Shown one piece after another: positions 46,653-64,000 of a stretch of 64,000 bases of DNA (position 1 is its first letter; each line of letters starts with the position of its first letter). Under the pieces are notes generated by a model, which saw only the letters and a list, made by a program, of their open reading frames with translations, made no database searches and had not been told where the DNA came from. A program made the position numbers and the translations under genes. The DNA is from the human T2T-CHM13v2.0 reference genome, Homo sapiens, in NCBI RefSeq assembly GCF_009914755.1, contig NC_060931.1; one strand, given 5' to 3'.

Positions 46653-47493
46653 TCACGCCTGTAATCCCAGCACTTTGGGAGGCCAAGGCAGGAGGATTGC
46701 TTGAAGCCAGGAGACCAGCCTGGGCAACATAGTGAGATCCTGTCTCTACAAAAAATGAAAACAATGAGCCAGTGTGGTGGTGCACATCTGTAGTCTCAGG
46801 TACTCAGGAGGCTGAGGAGGGAGGATTGCTTGAGCCCAGGAAGTCAAAGCTGCAGTGAGCTATGATCACACCACTGCACTCTGGCCTGCGAGACAGAATG
46901 AGACCTTGTCTTTCAAAAAAAAAAAAAATTCTAGAATTGTTCTTGAATAGCAGTGGTTAACATCTTTTAAAAACTTTGGAAGGTAGTGAACTCCCCATCA
47001 CTGGAGGCATTTAGCAGAGGTTGAGCTGCCACTCACCAAAGAGGCCTCTTCATGTAGGGCTTGCTGCAGGAGAGAAGGACAGGAGAGCCCCGCCTGTTTG
47101 CAAGGGGCTGCGGGGAGGACTAGAACCAAGGAGGGGCCCCTCTACCCACCAAATCCACTTCTCTTTGCTGCCCCGCCACCAGCTCCCTGCAGCTCCTCCC
47201 TGCATATGGGCCCAGCTGCCCCTCTCCAGCTCCCTTTTGGGCAAACACGAGGTCTCTCCCTGGACCCAGGCCAGCTTCCGCTCCTTTTAGTTCTCCTCTG
47301 ACCCTGGGGGTACAGCCGTCCCTGCCAGCTTGAGGGGACTCTGGGAAGGCAGCGCCCCACCTCTCCTTCCCCAGAGCAGGGGCTCCAGATCCCAGGGATG
47401 GAGCAGAGCTGCCAACTTCCTGTGTGACTCCAGCAAGTCAGGCTTGCCTACCTGGGCTTCAGTTTCCCTACTTGTGAAATAGGAAGAGGCTGA

Positions 47494-47909
<416 letters not shown>

Positions 47910-48068
47910 TGAGCACCGCCCCGTTTTAAGGATTAAATGAATCCATGCAAAGATCAAAGAGCAGTGCCTGGCACAGAAGAGCTCAGGTTCTCTGAGTCAC
48001 CAAGTGCCCATGAGGGGTCGGGCATTTTTTTTTTTTTTTCTGAGACGGAGTCTTGCTCTGTTGCCTAG

Positions 48069-48203
<135 letters not shown>

Positions 48204-50264
48204 TAGTAGAGACGGGGTTTCGCCATGTTGGCCAGGCTGGTCGTGAACTCCTGGCCTCAAGCGATCCACCTGCCTCGGCCTCCCAAAGTGCTGGGATTAC
48301 AGGTGTGAGCCACCGCGCCCAGCTGGGTTCAGTAATTCTTAGCATATTGCCATTTTCCCTGCTCTATCTCTGTCTCTCACACACACGCACACATACATAC
48401 ACACACACAAATAATTTCTTTTTCTCCATTTGAAGTTGCAAACATCTTGACTCTTCATGCCTAAATATTTCAATGCACATCTCCTAAGAAAAACACTATT
48501 ATCTTACATACTCACAATAGTATCATCACACTTATAAAACTGAGTAATTCCCTGTCATCTAATATATGGTCTTTATTCAAATTTCCAAAAACGTCTTCTG
48601 TGCCTGTTCTCATTCATGATATAATCATTTTTCACTGGTTGATTTTTTAAATTTTTTTTTAAAGACAGTCTCCCTCTTGCCCAGGCTGGAATGCAGTGGC
48701 ACAGTCATAGTTTACTGCAGCCTGGACCTTCTAGGCTCAAGCCATCCTACCACCTTAGCCCCTCGAGTGGCTAGGACTACAAGCACACGTGCTACCATGT
48801 CCAGCTCATATTTTATTTTTTATTTTTGTAGAGATAGGCTGGAGTGCAGTGACACTATCACATAGCTCACTGTAGCCTCCAACTCCTAGGTTCAAGCAAT
48901 CCTCCCGCATCAGCCTCCCGAGTAGCTGGGACTACAGCCAGGTGCCACTGCACCAGCTACTCTTAAATTTTTTGTAGACAGAGTCTCTATATGTTGCTCA
49001 AGGCTCGTCTCCAACTCCTGTCCTCAAGTGATCCTCCTGCCTTGGCCTCCCAAAGTGGTAAGATTACAGGCGTGAGCCACCACACCAGGCTCACAGGTTA
49101 ATTTTTTTTAATTATTTTACTGCGTATGTTTGCCTAAACAAAAATTATTTCATTTTGCTTATAATTTTACTTTTTTTTTTTTTTTTGAGATGGAGTCTCG
49201 CTCTGTCACCCAGGCTGAAGTTGTGTGATCTCAGCTCACTGCAACCTCCACCTCCGGGGTTCAAGTGATTCTCTGGCCTCAGCCTCCCAAGCAGCTGGGA
49301 CTATAGGCGCCTGCCACCATGCCCAGCTAATTTTTTGTATTTTTAGTAAAGACAGGGTTTCACCGTGTTAGCCAGGATGGTCTCCATCTCCTGAACTCAT
49401 GATCCACCTGCCTCGGCCTCCCAAAATGCTGGGATTACAGGCGTGAGCCACCGCGCCCAGCCTATAATTTTACTTTTATAACAAAGGCATGTTACTGAAT
49501 AGAATCTGGGTCTTGCTGTTTACCACTTAGCTCTGGTTGACATAATGTCAAAGTGTGTAGCTGTAGCCTCTTAGTTCTCATGGCTCTATAATCTTCCATT
49601 GAGTGGAATTTTACCATGATGCAATTCCTCACTCTCCTCTCCTTGGGGATTGGGCTGCTTCCATTGTTTTGCTGTTACTAAGAATGCAATTAACACTTAT
49701 AGCCGGGCGTGACGGCTCATGCCTGTAAACCCAGCACTGTGGGAGGCCGCAACCGGAGGATCCCTTGAGCTCAGGAATTTGAGACCGGCCTGGGCAACAT
49801 GGCAAGACCCCATCTCTACTAAAAACACAAAAAAATTAGCCAGGCATGGTGGCACGCTTGCTACTCAGGAGGCAGAGGTCGCAGTGAGCTGAGATCATGC
49901 CACTGCACTCCAGCCTGGGCAACAGAGCGAGATCCTGTCTCAGAAAAAAAAAAAAAAAAAAAAAGCAACAGAAGAGAAGCATAGATCCATTGAAAAGTTT
50001 AAGGCCCAGCCTGGTGGCTTACGCCTGTAATCCCAACACTTTGGGAGGCCGAGGGGGAAGGACTGCTTGAGGCCAGGAGTTTGAGATCAACCTGGGCAAT
50101 GTAGCAAGATCCTGTCTCTACAAAAATTTTAGAATTAGCCAGACGTGGTGGTGTGCACCGGTAGGCCCACATACTCAGGAGACTGAGGCAGGAGGATGAG
50201 GTCAAGGCTTCAGTGAGCTAGGATCGCACCACTCCATGGGTGACAAAATGAGTCTACATCTCTA

Positions 50265-50706
<442 letters not shown>

Positions 50707-50709
50707 TCA

Positions 50710-51096
<387 letters not shown>

Positions 51097-52188
51097 TTAA
51101 GGGCCCCTCCTGCACGCAGTGTCCAGGCTCAGCCAGGTCTGATGGCAGAAGCAACACAGACTCATGATCATTGGCCTGGGCACAGGTCTCTGCCACGGGC
51201 ACAGGTCTCTGCCCCACTGCAGCTTGGCCCTCCTCTCTCCAGGCCTCAGTTACCTCATCCATGAAATGGAGCTGAAGGAATTCCTGCTAAACCTGTGCAC
51301 AGGCCCTACAAGCAGTTAAATGCTGAACCTGAATGTACCTTTTTTATTTTTTCAAGACTGAGTCTCACTCTGTCACCCAGGCTGGAAAGCAGTGGTGCAA
51401 TCGCTGCAGCCATGAACTCTGCCCCGGCCTGGCAGTGAGTTGGGGCTCTGTGAAATGGTTCAGGAGGGGAGAGGAAGGCTATTATCCCACGCTTCTGCTA
51501 CAGATCGCAGTCTCTCCCCTCTAAACCGCCCTTGCCCTTCGCTGGCTGCGTCTCCCTGCTGTGAATGGTCGTAATTACCAATACGAGATCGTCAGTCTGA
51601 GCTGAAGACCTCTAACTAGGCAGGGAGAGGCCAAGGCTGGCCAAGGCTCTTGCACTTTGCCCCAGGAGAGAGCCACAGAGCCAGCCCAGGCATCACCCCA
51701 GCCAGTTGGTTTAAAATTGTGTACATAGCATGGCTGTGATTCAGTGAGCTTGGTTGTCTTTTTTTTCCCCCTTCGCAAAATTCAGTTACTCCTTGGGCTA
51801 ACAGACAGCAGGTTGGAAAAGATAAGCTGAGAGTTGCCCAGGCAGTGTTAAAGAGAGAGGAGACCGAAGAACAGCATGAGCAGGAAGGGGCAGGAGAAAT
51901 GTCAAGGGAAGGCCTGTCCACCAAAGGCGTCACTGTCCAGGGGCAGTGGGCAGGAGGTCACTGCTGCAGGGATGGGTTCTTTCAGCAGGACTTTCTGCAC
52001 AGCACTAGGGGAAGACCATGAGGTGAACCCCCACACACACTGAGTCCTAACTATGACATTTCCAAACAGAACACTCTGAAATGTTTGCAGCCGTGGGTGT
52101 CATTTACAGCCAGCCTGGGTTCAGGAAAGCTCAGGCAGGTGCCCCCAAGAATAGGTTTGCTGACTTGGCATTCAGGACAGTAAACTAA

Positions 52189-52385
<197 letters not shown>

Positions 52386-54296
52386 TAGTAGAGATGAGGT
52401 TTCACCATGTTGGCCAGTCTGGTCTTAAACTCCTGACCTCTGGTGATATGCCCACTTCAGCCCCACAAAGTGCTGGGATGACAAGCGTGAGCCACTGCAC
52501 GCCTGCCCATTGCTGCTCTACAGATGAGGACATAGAGTGGTTCAGGGACTTGCCCAGGGTCGCGAGCTGATAGCAGAGCTGGGATTTGAACCCAGGCAAT
52601 CAGTCTTGGGTAGACCATTGGGCTTGTGGCCCTGGCCTTGCAGGGCCTGGTATTGCGCCTGCCCCTGCAGTGTTCTCAGCAGCTCTCTGAGGCAGTTCTC
52701 TGATCCGTGTTTTTCCCGTGAGCAGATTAGACTCAGAGGTGACCAGGCATGCTGGAGCTGCCCTGCCCCACCCGAGGCTGAGGCCACCACTGCCCACAGC
52801 AGTCCTTGGGGAGCTCCCTGATGGTGACAAGATGAGGGTGGCAGGAGCCTGGCTCTGTCAGGAAAGGGGACTCATGACCCACCTGCAGCTCTCTGAGGTG
52901 CTCAGCTGGTCTGGGCATGGTGGCTCATGCCTGTACCTCAGCACTTTGGGAAGCCAAGATGGGTGGATTGCTTGAGCTTAGGAGTTGAAGATCAGCCTGG
53001 GCAACATAGTGAGACCTTGTCTCTACAAATAATACAAAAATAAGCCAGGTAGTGGCACACACCTGTAGCACCAGCTTACTCGGGAGACTGAGGATGGAGG
53101 ATGGCTTCAGTCCAGGAGGCGGAGGTTACAGTGAGCTGAGATTGCTCCACTGCACTCCAGCCTGGGCAACAGAGCCAGACCATCTCAATTAACAAACAAA
53201 CAAACAAAAAACGCCTGGCTGGGGCATCTAGGTTAGCAAGGATCTTAGCATTCTCCCTCCCTCGGGGCTAACCAGTGTGGGCGAGCTGTCTCGGTTGCAG
53301 CAGTGGCCACGATTCCTGGCGGGAGAGACTGGCACCAGCCTGCACACCTCAGAGCCCCAACAGGAATATCTGTTCGATCGAGATGTTGCCCTTTCCCCTA
53401 CAGGGCACGGCTAGAGCACAGACACAAACCCAGTGTCAGGTCCCCAGACACGGCAGGGGACAGGGGAGTCGGTCTTCACCTGTGGTTCAGGTTCCCTCCC
53501 AGACAGTGCCCAAGGAGCTGCCTCTGGTGCACTCACAGTTCCCAGAAGAGCTGGGATGGGACTACAGGTGTGCACCACCATGCCCAGGTTTTTTTTTTTT
53601 GGTAGAAACAGGTTTTCCCTGTTGCCCAGGCTGGTCTCAAACTCCTGGCCTCAAGCAATAGTCCCACTTCAGCCTTCCAAAGTGCTGGCATGACAGACAT
53701 GAGCCACTATGCCCAGCCTGTAGTGCTTTTTGCTATGTGAGATTAGACCCAGCAGGCCCAGAGTCTCAAATTAGGAAACAGAGAGGTTGAGTGACTTTCC
53801 ATACACCACACAGCATTAGGGGTTAGAATCAAGATTGCCTTCCTGTCTAATGAGCCAGGGACCTTCCCCATCCCTGGCCCTGGGGATCCCCCTTTTCCCC
53901 AGTGTATGCAGGAATTCAAGCAGGAGCTCGAACAATCCAGCCCCTACCAGAGCCTGCCCTACCCCATTTCCTTCAGAAACTCATGATTTAAAAAAATGTA
54001 ACCTGGGCGACATGGCAAGATCCCATCTCTACAAAAAATGGAAAAATTAGCTGGGTGTGGTGGCCTGCACCTGTAGCCCCAGCTACTGCACTCCAGCCTG
54101 AATGACAGCAAGACCCTGTCTCTAACAAAAAAAAAAAAAAAAAAAGTAATCCTCTTTCCTCTAAATTAAATAAAGAGGTAGGAAAATGCAAGAGCAGCTA
54201 CAGAGAAAAATCAGTGTTCTTCCAGAGCTTGTTGACTGAGCTAGAGAATCCCACGGACAAGGTATACTGTGGGCTTTGCACAGTGTCTGCACGTAA

Positions 54297-54629
<333 letters not shown>

Positions 54630-55109
54630 TGACAAAGGCATTTAGACCCACTCCACCCCTCCCACACTCTGGAGGTGGTCAGGACGCCTCCCCAAACCGC
54701 CAGCCCCCTCAGCCAGCCCAGCCCCACTTTCCTGACACGCACACTCCCGCCACTTCTGGTTCACCGCCTGGGACCTGTGTCTCACGTAGAGCTGCCATAG
54801 TGTGCTACTGACTGCCCCGTAGTGTCACTGCTGGTTAGCCGCAGCCTGGTTTAGGGTTGCACTTCTCCCCAGACCAGGCAAGACTTGGAAGGAACAGGGG
54901 AAGTTTCCTGATTGGCTAATGAGTGTTAAACACCTGAAATTACAGGATACTACAAGTTTCCTTGTGTCTTACTTGCCGCTCCCAACTGCCTTGGAGGTCT
55001 GTGTGATGAGCCCCAGAGTGCAGATGAGCCCACATCCTTGGAGCTTTGGGCCCCGTGTGGTGGTCACCTCCTCTGGGAAGCCCTCCCTGCTATAGGCTCC
55101 CATGGGCCA

Positions 55110-55885
55110 TGTAAACCAGAAAGTGCCTGAAACAGGTCTCAATCGATTTAGAGATTTATTTTGCCATGGTGGAGGACACAGCCAGGAAAAAGAGACTCAA
55201 GCTGCAATAGGGTCTGTGGCCTGTGCTTTTTTCCAGAGAGGATTTTGAGGACTTTGGTATTTAAAGGGGAAAGAGGGGGGCTGGGCACAGTGGCTCACGC
55301 TTGTAATCCCAGCACTTTGGAAGGCCAAGGCAGGTGGATCACCTGAGGTCAGGAGCATAATGGGCAGCATAATGAAACCCCATCTCTACTAAAAATACAA
55401 AAAATTCAACACGCGTGGTGGCGGGTGCCTGTAATCCTGGCTACTCTGGAGGCTGAGGCACAAGAATCACTCGAACTCAGTAGGCGGAGGTTGCAGTGAG
55501 CCAAAATCATGCCACTGCACTCCAGCCTGGAAAACAGTGAGACTGTCTCAAAAAATAAAAAAATAAAAGAAGAGGAATAGTTAATGATGTATTCATCCTG
55601 TGCTCAGTAAATCTGCATTTTACATAAGATAATGTAAACAGAATAGAGGAAGTTAAATACGTATTTGTCTTGGGTGGACAGAGCGATGATTTCTATTCTT
55701 GTCTTTGTCCCCTGCCTGTGAAGATAAGCTGTGAATTTACATGACCAGGGTGAGGGAAGCCACCCGGGAGATAGGTGACCTTCTGTCTTACAGCCATCTG
55801 CTTAGGGACAAAAGGCTATTGCATGACTCAGTTCCCAAGCTTAACATTTCCCTTTGGCATAGTGAGTTTGGGGTCCCATGTTTTT
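55110..55885 (-). mobile_element. MER4-family ERV1 solo LTR split by an Alu (about 55278-55568)
   Basis: tgtaaaccagaaag...gtctcaatcgatttagagatttattttgcca ... gaagataagctgtgaatttacat ... cctttggcatagtgagtttggggtccca. Confidence 0.8.
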
Positions 55886-56325
55886 TGTTTTTTCTTGAGA
55901 CGGAGTCTTGCTTTGTCACCCAGGCTGGAGTGCGGTGGCGCGATCTTAGCTCACTGCAGCTTCCACCTCCCAGTTCAAGGGATTCTCCTGCCTCAGCCTC
56001 CTGAGTAACTCGGATTACAGGCACACACCACCACACCCAGCTAATTTTTTGTATTTTTAGTAGAGACACGGTTTCACCATGTTGGCCAGGCTGGTCTGGA
56101 ACTCCTGACCTCAAGTGATCCACCCACCTCGGCCTCTCCACCCGGCCTGGGCCTCATCTTTGAGGGGCCTGCTAAGCTTCTTTCTATCCTGCAAGCTTCG
56201 TAGAGCTCTGACTTTGAGTCTTGCTCTGTCCCGGAATAGGAGAAGACAGAGGCGTGGCACTGTGGGCTGAAAGCAACAGATTTAGGGGAAACTATCTTTA
56301 AGACTAAGCCTTCTTTCTATAGCTA

Positions 56326-56508
<183 letters not shown>

Positions 56509-56610
56509 TCAGGAGGCTGAGGCATGAGAATCAGTTGAACCCAGGAGGCAGAGGTTGCAGTGAGCCAAGATCGTACCACTGTACTCCAGCCTGAGTGACA
56601 GAGTGAGAGC

Positions 56611-56669
56611 GAGAGAGAGAAAGAAAGAAAGAAAGAAAGAAAGAAAAAAAGAAAAAGAAAGAAAGATGA

Positions 56670-56729
<60 letters not shown>

Positions 56730-56765
56730 AGGAAGGAAGGAAGGAAGGAAAGAAAAGAAAGAAAA
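56611..56765. repeat. (GAAA)n/(GGAA)n compound microsatellite at an Alu tail
   Basis: Directly visible. Confidence 0.95.
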
Positions 56766-58870
56766 ACTGTAGGGGAATCTGAGACACCAGGAAACCCAGG
56801 GCTCATGGTAGAGTGGAAAGACCAGGGCTTTGGGGTCGACACAGAGTACTCTTGGTGCTTAGTGGCTGTGTGACCTTGGGTAAGTTTCTTTACCTCTCTG
56901 AGCCTCTGTGTCCTTGGCTGCAGTGTCTAGGAAAGCATCTGCACACAGTGATGTGTGTGGTCCAGGCCATCCTTTCTCTGTTCTGTGCACCCACGGCCAT
57001 GCCTGCTGAGAATCCTGCCACCAATGATTCCTCAGTGGCATGGGGAGAGATGGAACGTGCCGTTGCTTCCCTGCAGGTTCTAGGAGCTGGTCTTTGGGCC
57101 CAAGACTCCAACACCGTTGTCTGCATGGGATTTGGACAAGGGTGACCTTGATCCTTCCCACATCCCACTGCTGAAAGGAAGGGCCATGTTGGGCCACAGG
57201 AGATGAGAGTTCTAGGGGATGTGGAGCGTGGGGTCTTGGTGTGGCTGAATTAGAGGCATTACTCCATGAGATAGGGACACGGGAGGACGTTGTCTGGAAT
57301 GGCTGATATTTGCGGTGTCTTTGGGTACCCAGGGGGGCTGGTGGGCTGTGCCTGAAGACAGATGCAGCAACTCAGAGATGTGTAGAGATTCCTGAGTGTA
57401 GGTGTGGACGGACCAGGCCAGGGACCTGCAGGGTTTGGGAGGACCTGAGGGGGTGGGTGTTGGAGCCCTGGGAAAAGGAAGAACCAGGCCAAGCAGGTGC
57501 CCAGCCTCTGTCCTGTGGGAAGCTCCCTGCTCTTTGGGCAGCCCCCACATTGAGAATGGGGCCTCCATTCTGGCAGCTTGTGCACGGGAGGCCAAGCGAC
57601 CCAGATAGGGTCTGCAGACTCCAAGCAGCACAGAGCACCAGCCCAGGAGATGCAGTTCCCAAGGCAGCCTCCTAAACAGAAGTGAGCTCTTCCCAGAGTT
57701 TTCAAGATTAAAAGAGCCAGGCACAGTGACTCACAACTGTAATCCCAGCACTTTCGGAGGCTGAAGCAGGAGGATCACTTGAGCCTAGGAGTTCAAGAAT
57801 AGCCTGTGCAACAGAGAGAGATTCTCTCTACAAAAAATTTTAAAAAAACTTAGTCTGGCACGGTGATTCATGCCTGGAGCCCCAGCTACTAGAGAGGCTG
57901 AGTGGGGAGGACTGCTTGAGCCAAAGAGTTCAAGGCTGCAGTAAGTCATGACGGCACCACTATACTCCAACCTGGGAAACAGGGTGAAACCCTGTCTCAA
58001 AAAACAGGAGCCAGGCTGGGCACCGTGGCTCACGCCTGTAATCCCAGAACTTTGGGAGGCCGAGGTGGGCAGATCACCTGAGCTCAGGAGTTCAAGACCA
58101 GCCTGGCCAACATGGCAAAACCCCATCTCTACTAAAAATACAAAAATTAACCGGATGTGGTGGCAGGCGCCTGTAGTCCCAGCTCTCAGGAGGCTGATGC
58201 ACGAGAATGGCTTGAACCTGAGAGGCAGAGGTTGCAGTGAACCGAGACTGCGCCACTGCACTCCAGACTGGGCAACAGAGTGAGACTGTGTCTTGGAAAA
58301 ACAAAGAGAAAAAAAAAAGGAGTCATTTTGTTCCAACGACTCATCAGTCTGCTCTGCCCTGCCTCATCCGGCCCTAGCTCCCTGCCTGCTTCTAGCTTCA
58401 CCCCCCTCAACATCTCACCCTTACCCAACCTGCCTGCCCCAGAGGCCCAGCCCATGTGAACCCATGCTTCTCAGAGAGATTTCCTGTTGGACATGCAAAC
58501 CAGCCTTCCTGCAATCCCAGCCCCATCCTCAACCCTGGCACAAACCCACAGGCTGCTGCAGAGCTCTGCCCCAGACCCCATCTCCAGCCCAACCACCCCT
58601 CAGCCTTACAGCCCAGCTCAGGCCCCGTCTCCAGGGCTAACTGACCCCAGCAGCAACTCTAGGCTACAGGGAGGGGAGAGCGGAGCACGCCGGGGCTCAA
58701 GCAGCAGATAAGCCGTGACAGTTGCCAGGGCAGTGAGCAGGGAGAATGCATAGCCCCCACACTCCCAGACACAGTCTGTTTCCCATTCACAGACCTTGGC
58801 CAGCGAGCAGTCAGGGGATTTCCAACAGCCCAGCACAGTGACACCGGCCCCTGTGCACGGACCCCGCTAG

Positions 58871-59071
<201 letters not shown>

Positions 59072-59367
59072 TGAGTAGTTGGGATTACAGGTGCCCGCCA
59101 CCACACTCGGCTAATTGCTGTATTTTTAGTAGAGATGGGGTTTTGCCATGTTGGCCAGGGTGATCTGCCCGTCTCAGCCTCCCACAGTGCTGGGATTACA
59201 GGCGTGAGCCGCCACACCTGGCCAGCATAGGATCTTTCACCCTTGAGTGCCTGTGCATGGCTGGTCCTTCTGCCCCGGTGTCTTCACACTGCCACTCCAT
59301 CCTTCACAAACTCCTACCTGCCTTTTCAGAGCCCATTTTTTTTGTTGTTGTTTTCATTTTTATTTGA

Positions 59368-59523
<156 letters not shown>

Positions 59524-60217
59524 TAGTAGAGACGGGGTTTCACCATGTTGGCCAGGCTGGTTTTGAACCCTTGGCCTCAAGTGATCTGCCTGCCTCTGCC
59601 TCCCAAAGTGCTGGGATTATAGGCATGAGCCACCAATGTCAGGCCTTGAGAGCCCATTCAAGCATCCTGCTCTCCTGGGGGAGGTCTCCCCAGACTTGCC
59701 CAGACAGGATGGGCATCCTCATTCATGCCCCTTGTCTCCTAAGTGTGTCTGTTGTACTTTGGTGACCAGGTGACACCCCCTCTGGCTGGGAGACCCTCAG
59801 GGGAGCAGCCCTGCCTCTTTAGGTTGTTTTGTGCCCAACACAGGGCCTATGCTGGGGACACTGATAAGAAAATGTCGGATGGACTGGCCACCGTGGCTCA
59901 CACCTGTAATTCCCGAACTTTGGGAGGCCAAGACGAGGATCGCTTGAGGCCAGGAGTTCAAGATCAGCCTGGGCAACATAGTGAGACTCCATCTCTACCA
60001 AAAATTTAAAAAATTAGGTATGGTGGCACACATCTGTATTCCCAACCACTCAGGAGGCTGAGGCAGTATGGATCACTTGAGCCTGGTATTTGGAGGCTGC
60101 CGTGAACTATCTGATTGCACCGCTGCCTTCCAGCCTGGGTGACAGAGCAAAACCATGTCTCAAAGAAAGAAAAATGGATGGATGGACAGACCAACAACTG
60201 GGGCTAGAAACCAGCTA

Positions 60218-60516
<299 letters not shown>

Positions 60517-60686
60517 TTAATTAATTAAATAAAATAAATACGTAACTAAACAAACAAACAGCTGCATGGGAGTAGGCAGGGCCTGCAGAGAATGTTTTGG
60601 CAGGTCAGGGATGCCTGGTGGGAGAAGCAGCAGGTCTGGTGGCCAAGCCAGTGCCAACTCTCAGGCCCCCTTGTCTTCCTCTTTAG

Positions 60687-60761
60687 ATGAAGATGATACC
60701 AACAGACTTGGGGAGGTGATCCTGCAGGAGCAGGTGAAGGAACTCTTCAACGAGAAATACA
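60687..60761 (+). pseudogene. GTF2IRD1-like exon H (75 nt; one codon deleted)
   Basis: cctctttag|...|gtcagt; translates DEDDTNRLGE-VILQEQVKELFNEKY. Confidence 0.93.
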
Positions 60762-60927
60762 GTCAGTGTCTGTGGTCAGGGTCAGCACACCAAGCCCTCC
60801 TCCCGGGGAAAGGGGGAGGCCCTCCCTCCCTCTGCAGCCAGCCTAGCCTTCAGGAGCCCCCAGCTGGCCTGCCTGCTCCCTGGGGACATGGCTGCTCTGC
60901 CCATGACCCACATTTTGTGTATGTTGA

Positions 60928-61321
<394 letters not shown>

Positions 61322-61672
61322 GTGAGTGCCCAGCCTCTGGAACGGGGAACAGAGAGGGCAAGACCATGGGGAGGGTGAAAGTCAAGGTCATGGTGGGTCA
61401 GCTGGGATCCAGACCCAGGTGTACTACAATAGTTCCTGCCTCTTTCTCCTGAAACATACAACTTCAACACTTATGGACATTTACTTATTTTTAAAGATTT
61501 TTTTTTTTTTAGATATTATATTTGTTCTCTGGGGAAGAAACAAAAACATGTTTTAATTAAATTTGACTGTTTCTGACTATACAATTCTGATTTTTAACAT
61601 TTAAATATAAATACGTTTGTATTTAAATATCAATGTTTAAATATAAATATGAATATTTATTATATTTTTTAA

Positions 61673-61941
<269 letters not shown>

Positions 61942-62116
61942 TGATCTGCCTGCCTCAGCCTCCCAAAGTGCTGGGATTACAGGTGTGAGCCACTGCACCC
62001 AGCCTCCGTTATTACTACTATACCATATATCCTTACAGTCTTTTGGGTTTTGGTTTTTGTTTTGAGACAGGGTATCACTCTGTTGCCCAGGCAGGAGTAC
62101 AGAGGTATGATCCTGA

Positions 62117-62329
<213 letters not shown>

Positions 62330-62492
62330 TGAAAAGATAGAAGAAAAGAAGATAGCTGTAAGTCTCCTACTGAAAGTCAACACTTTGATGCATTTCTTTA
62401 TATTTTTAAATTATTATTTTATTAATATATTATTACTTTATTTTTGAGATGGAGTCTCATTCTGTCGCACAGGCTGGAGTACAGTGGCGTGA

Positions 62493-62984
<492 letters not shown>

Positions 62985-63153
62985 TAAGAGACGGGGTTTC
63001 TCCACGTTGGTCAGGCTGGTCTCGAACTCCCAACATCAGGTGATCTGTCTGCCTCAGCCTCCCAAAGTGCTGGGATTACAAGCTTGAGCCACTGCGCCCA
63101 GCCCGCCTTCAATGTTATATTACATGTATTGTTTCTTTGTTTTTTTGAGATGA

Positions 63154-63443
<290 letters not shown>

Positions 63444-63528
63444 TAAGATAATATTTGCATGTGTCAAAAAAACCCAAATTGTTCAAAATCAAAAAGTGGA
63501 GGTTTCCCTTTCTCCCACAGATAGTTCA

Positions 63529-63729
<201 letters not shown>

Positions 63730-64000
63730 TTAATTAAAAAATAAATTAGACGGGCATGGTGGTGTGCACCTGCATTCCCAACTACTGGGAAGCTGAGGCA
63801 GAAGGACTGATTGAGCCCAGAACTTTGAGGCTGCCGTGAGCTAGGATGGCACCACTGAACTCCAGCCTGGGCAAAAGAGTAAGACTGTCTCAAAAATAGT
63901 AATTGATAATAATGCTGTGATGACTATCCACTTGCATAAATCTGGGCACACGTTTCTGATCCCTTGGTCAGACAATATCCTCGCTTTATAGATGAGGACA

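Overview
Primate, most likely human, genomic DNA with very high Alu density and a mosaic segmental-duplication structure. It contains no intact conventional protein-coding gene. From left to right: (1) three minus-strand exon remnants of a GTF2I (TFII-I) unprocessed pseudogene (731-5747); (2) a CpG-island promoter (about 9120-9800) with CRE, ETS, GC-box, CCAAT and a perfect NRF1 site, which probably drives divergent non-coding transcripts; (3) an apparently full-length (about 4.1 kb) minus-strand processed GNA11 pseudogene with two frameshifting deletions; (4) a plus-strand partial duplicate of GTF2IRD1 (27213-61321). Eight of its exons keep AG/GT ends and splice into one stop-free frame of 264 codons, and a ninth is 5'-truncated and fused to an Alu. 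The rest is Alu, LTR (MLT1, MER4-group), L2/MIR/L1 remnants and simple repeats. The GTF2I + GTF2IRD1 + GNA11-retrocopy combination matches my recollection of human 7q11.21, which I have not verified. Parent-gene comparisons use recalled protein sequences. Most ORFs in the track are Alu translations. I found no wholly new biological system. The best leads are the open spliced GTF2IRD1-like frame, a private 23-nt variant shared by two inverted Alus 8 kb apart, and a perfect RFX X-box beside inverted SOX-like sites.
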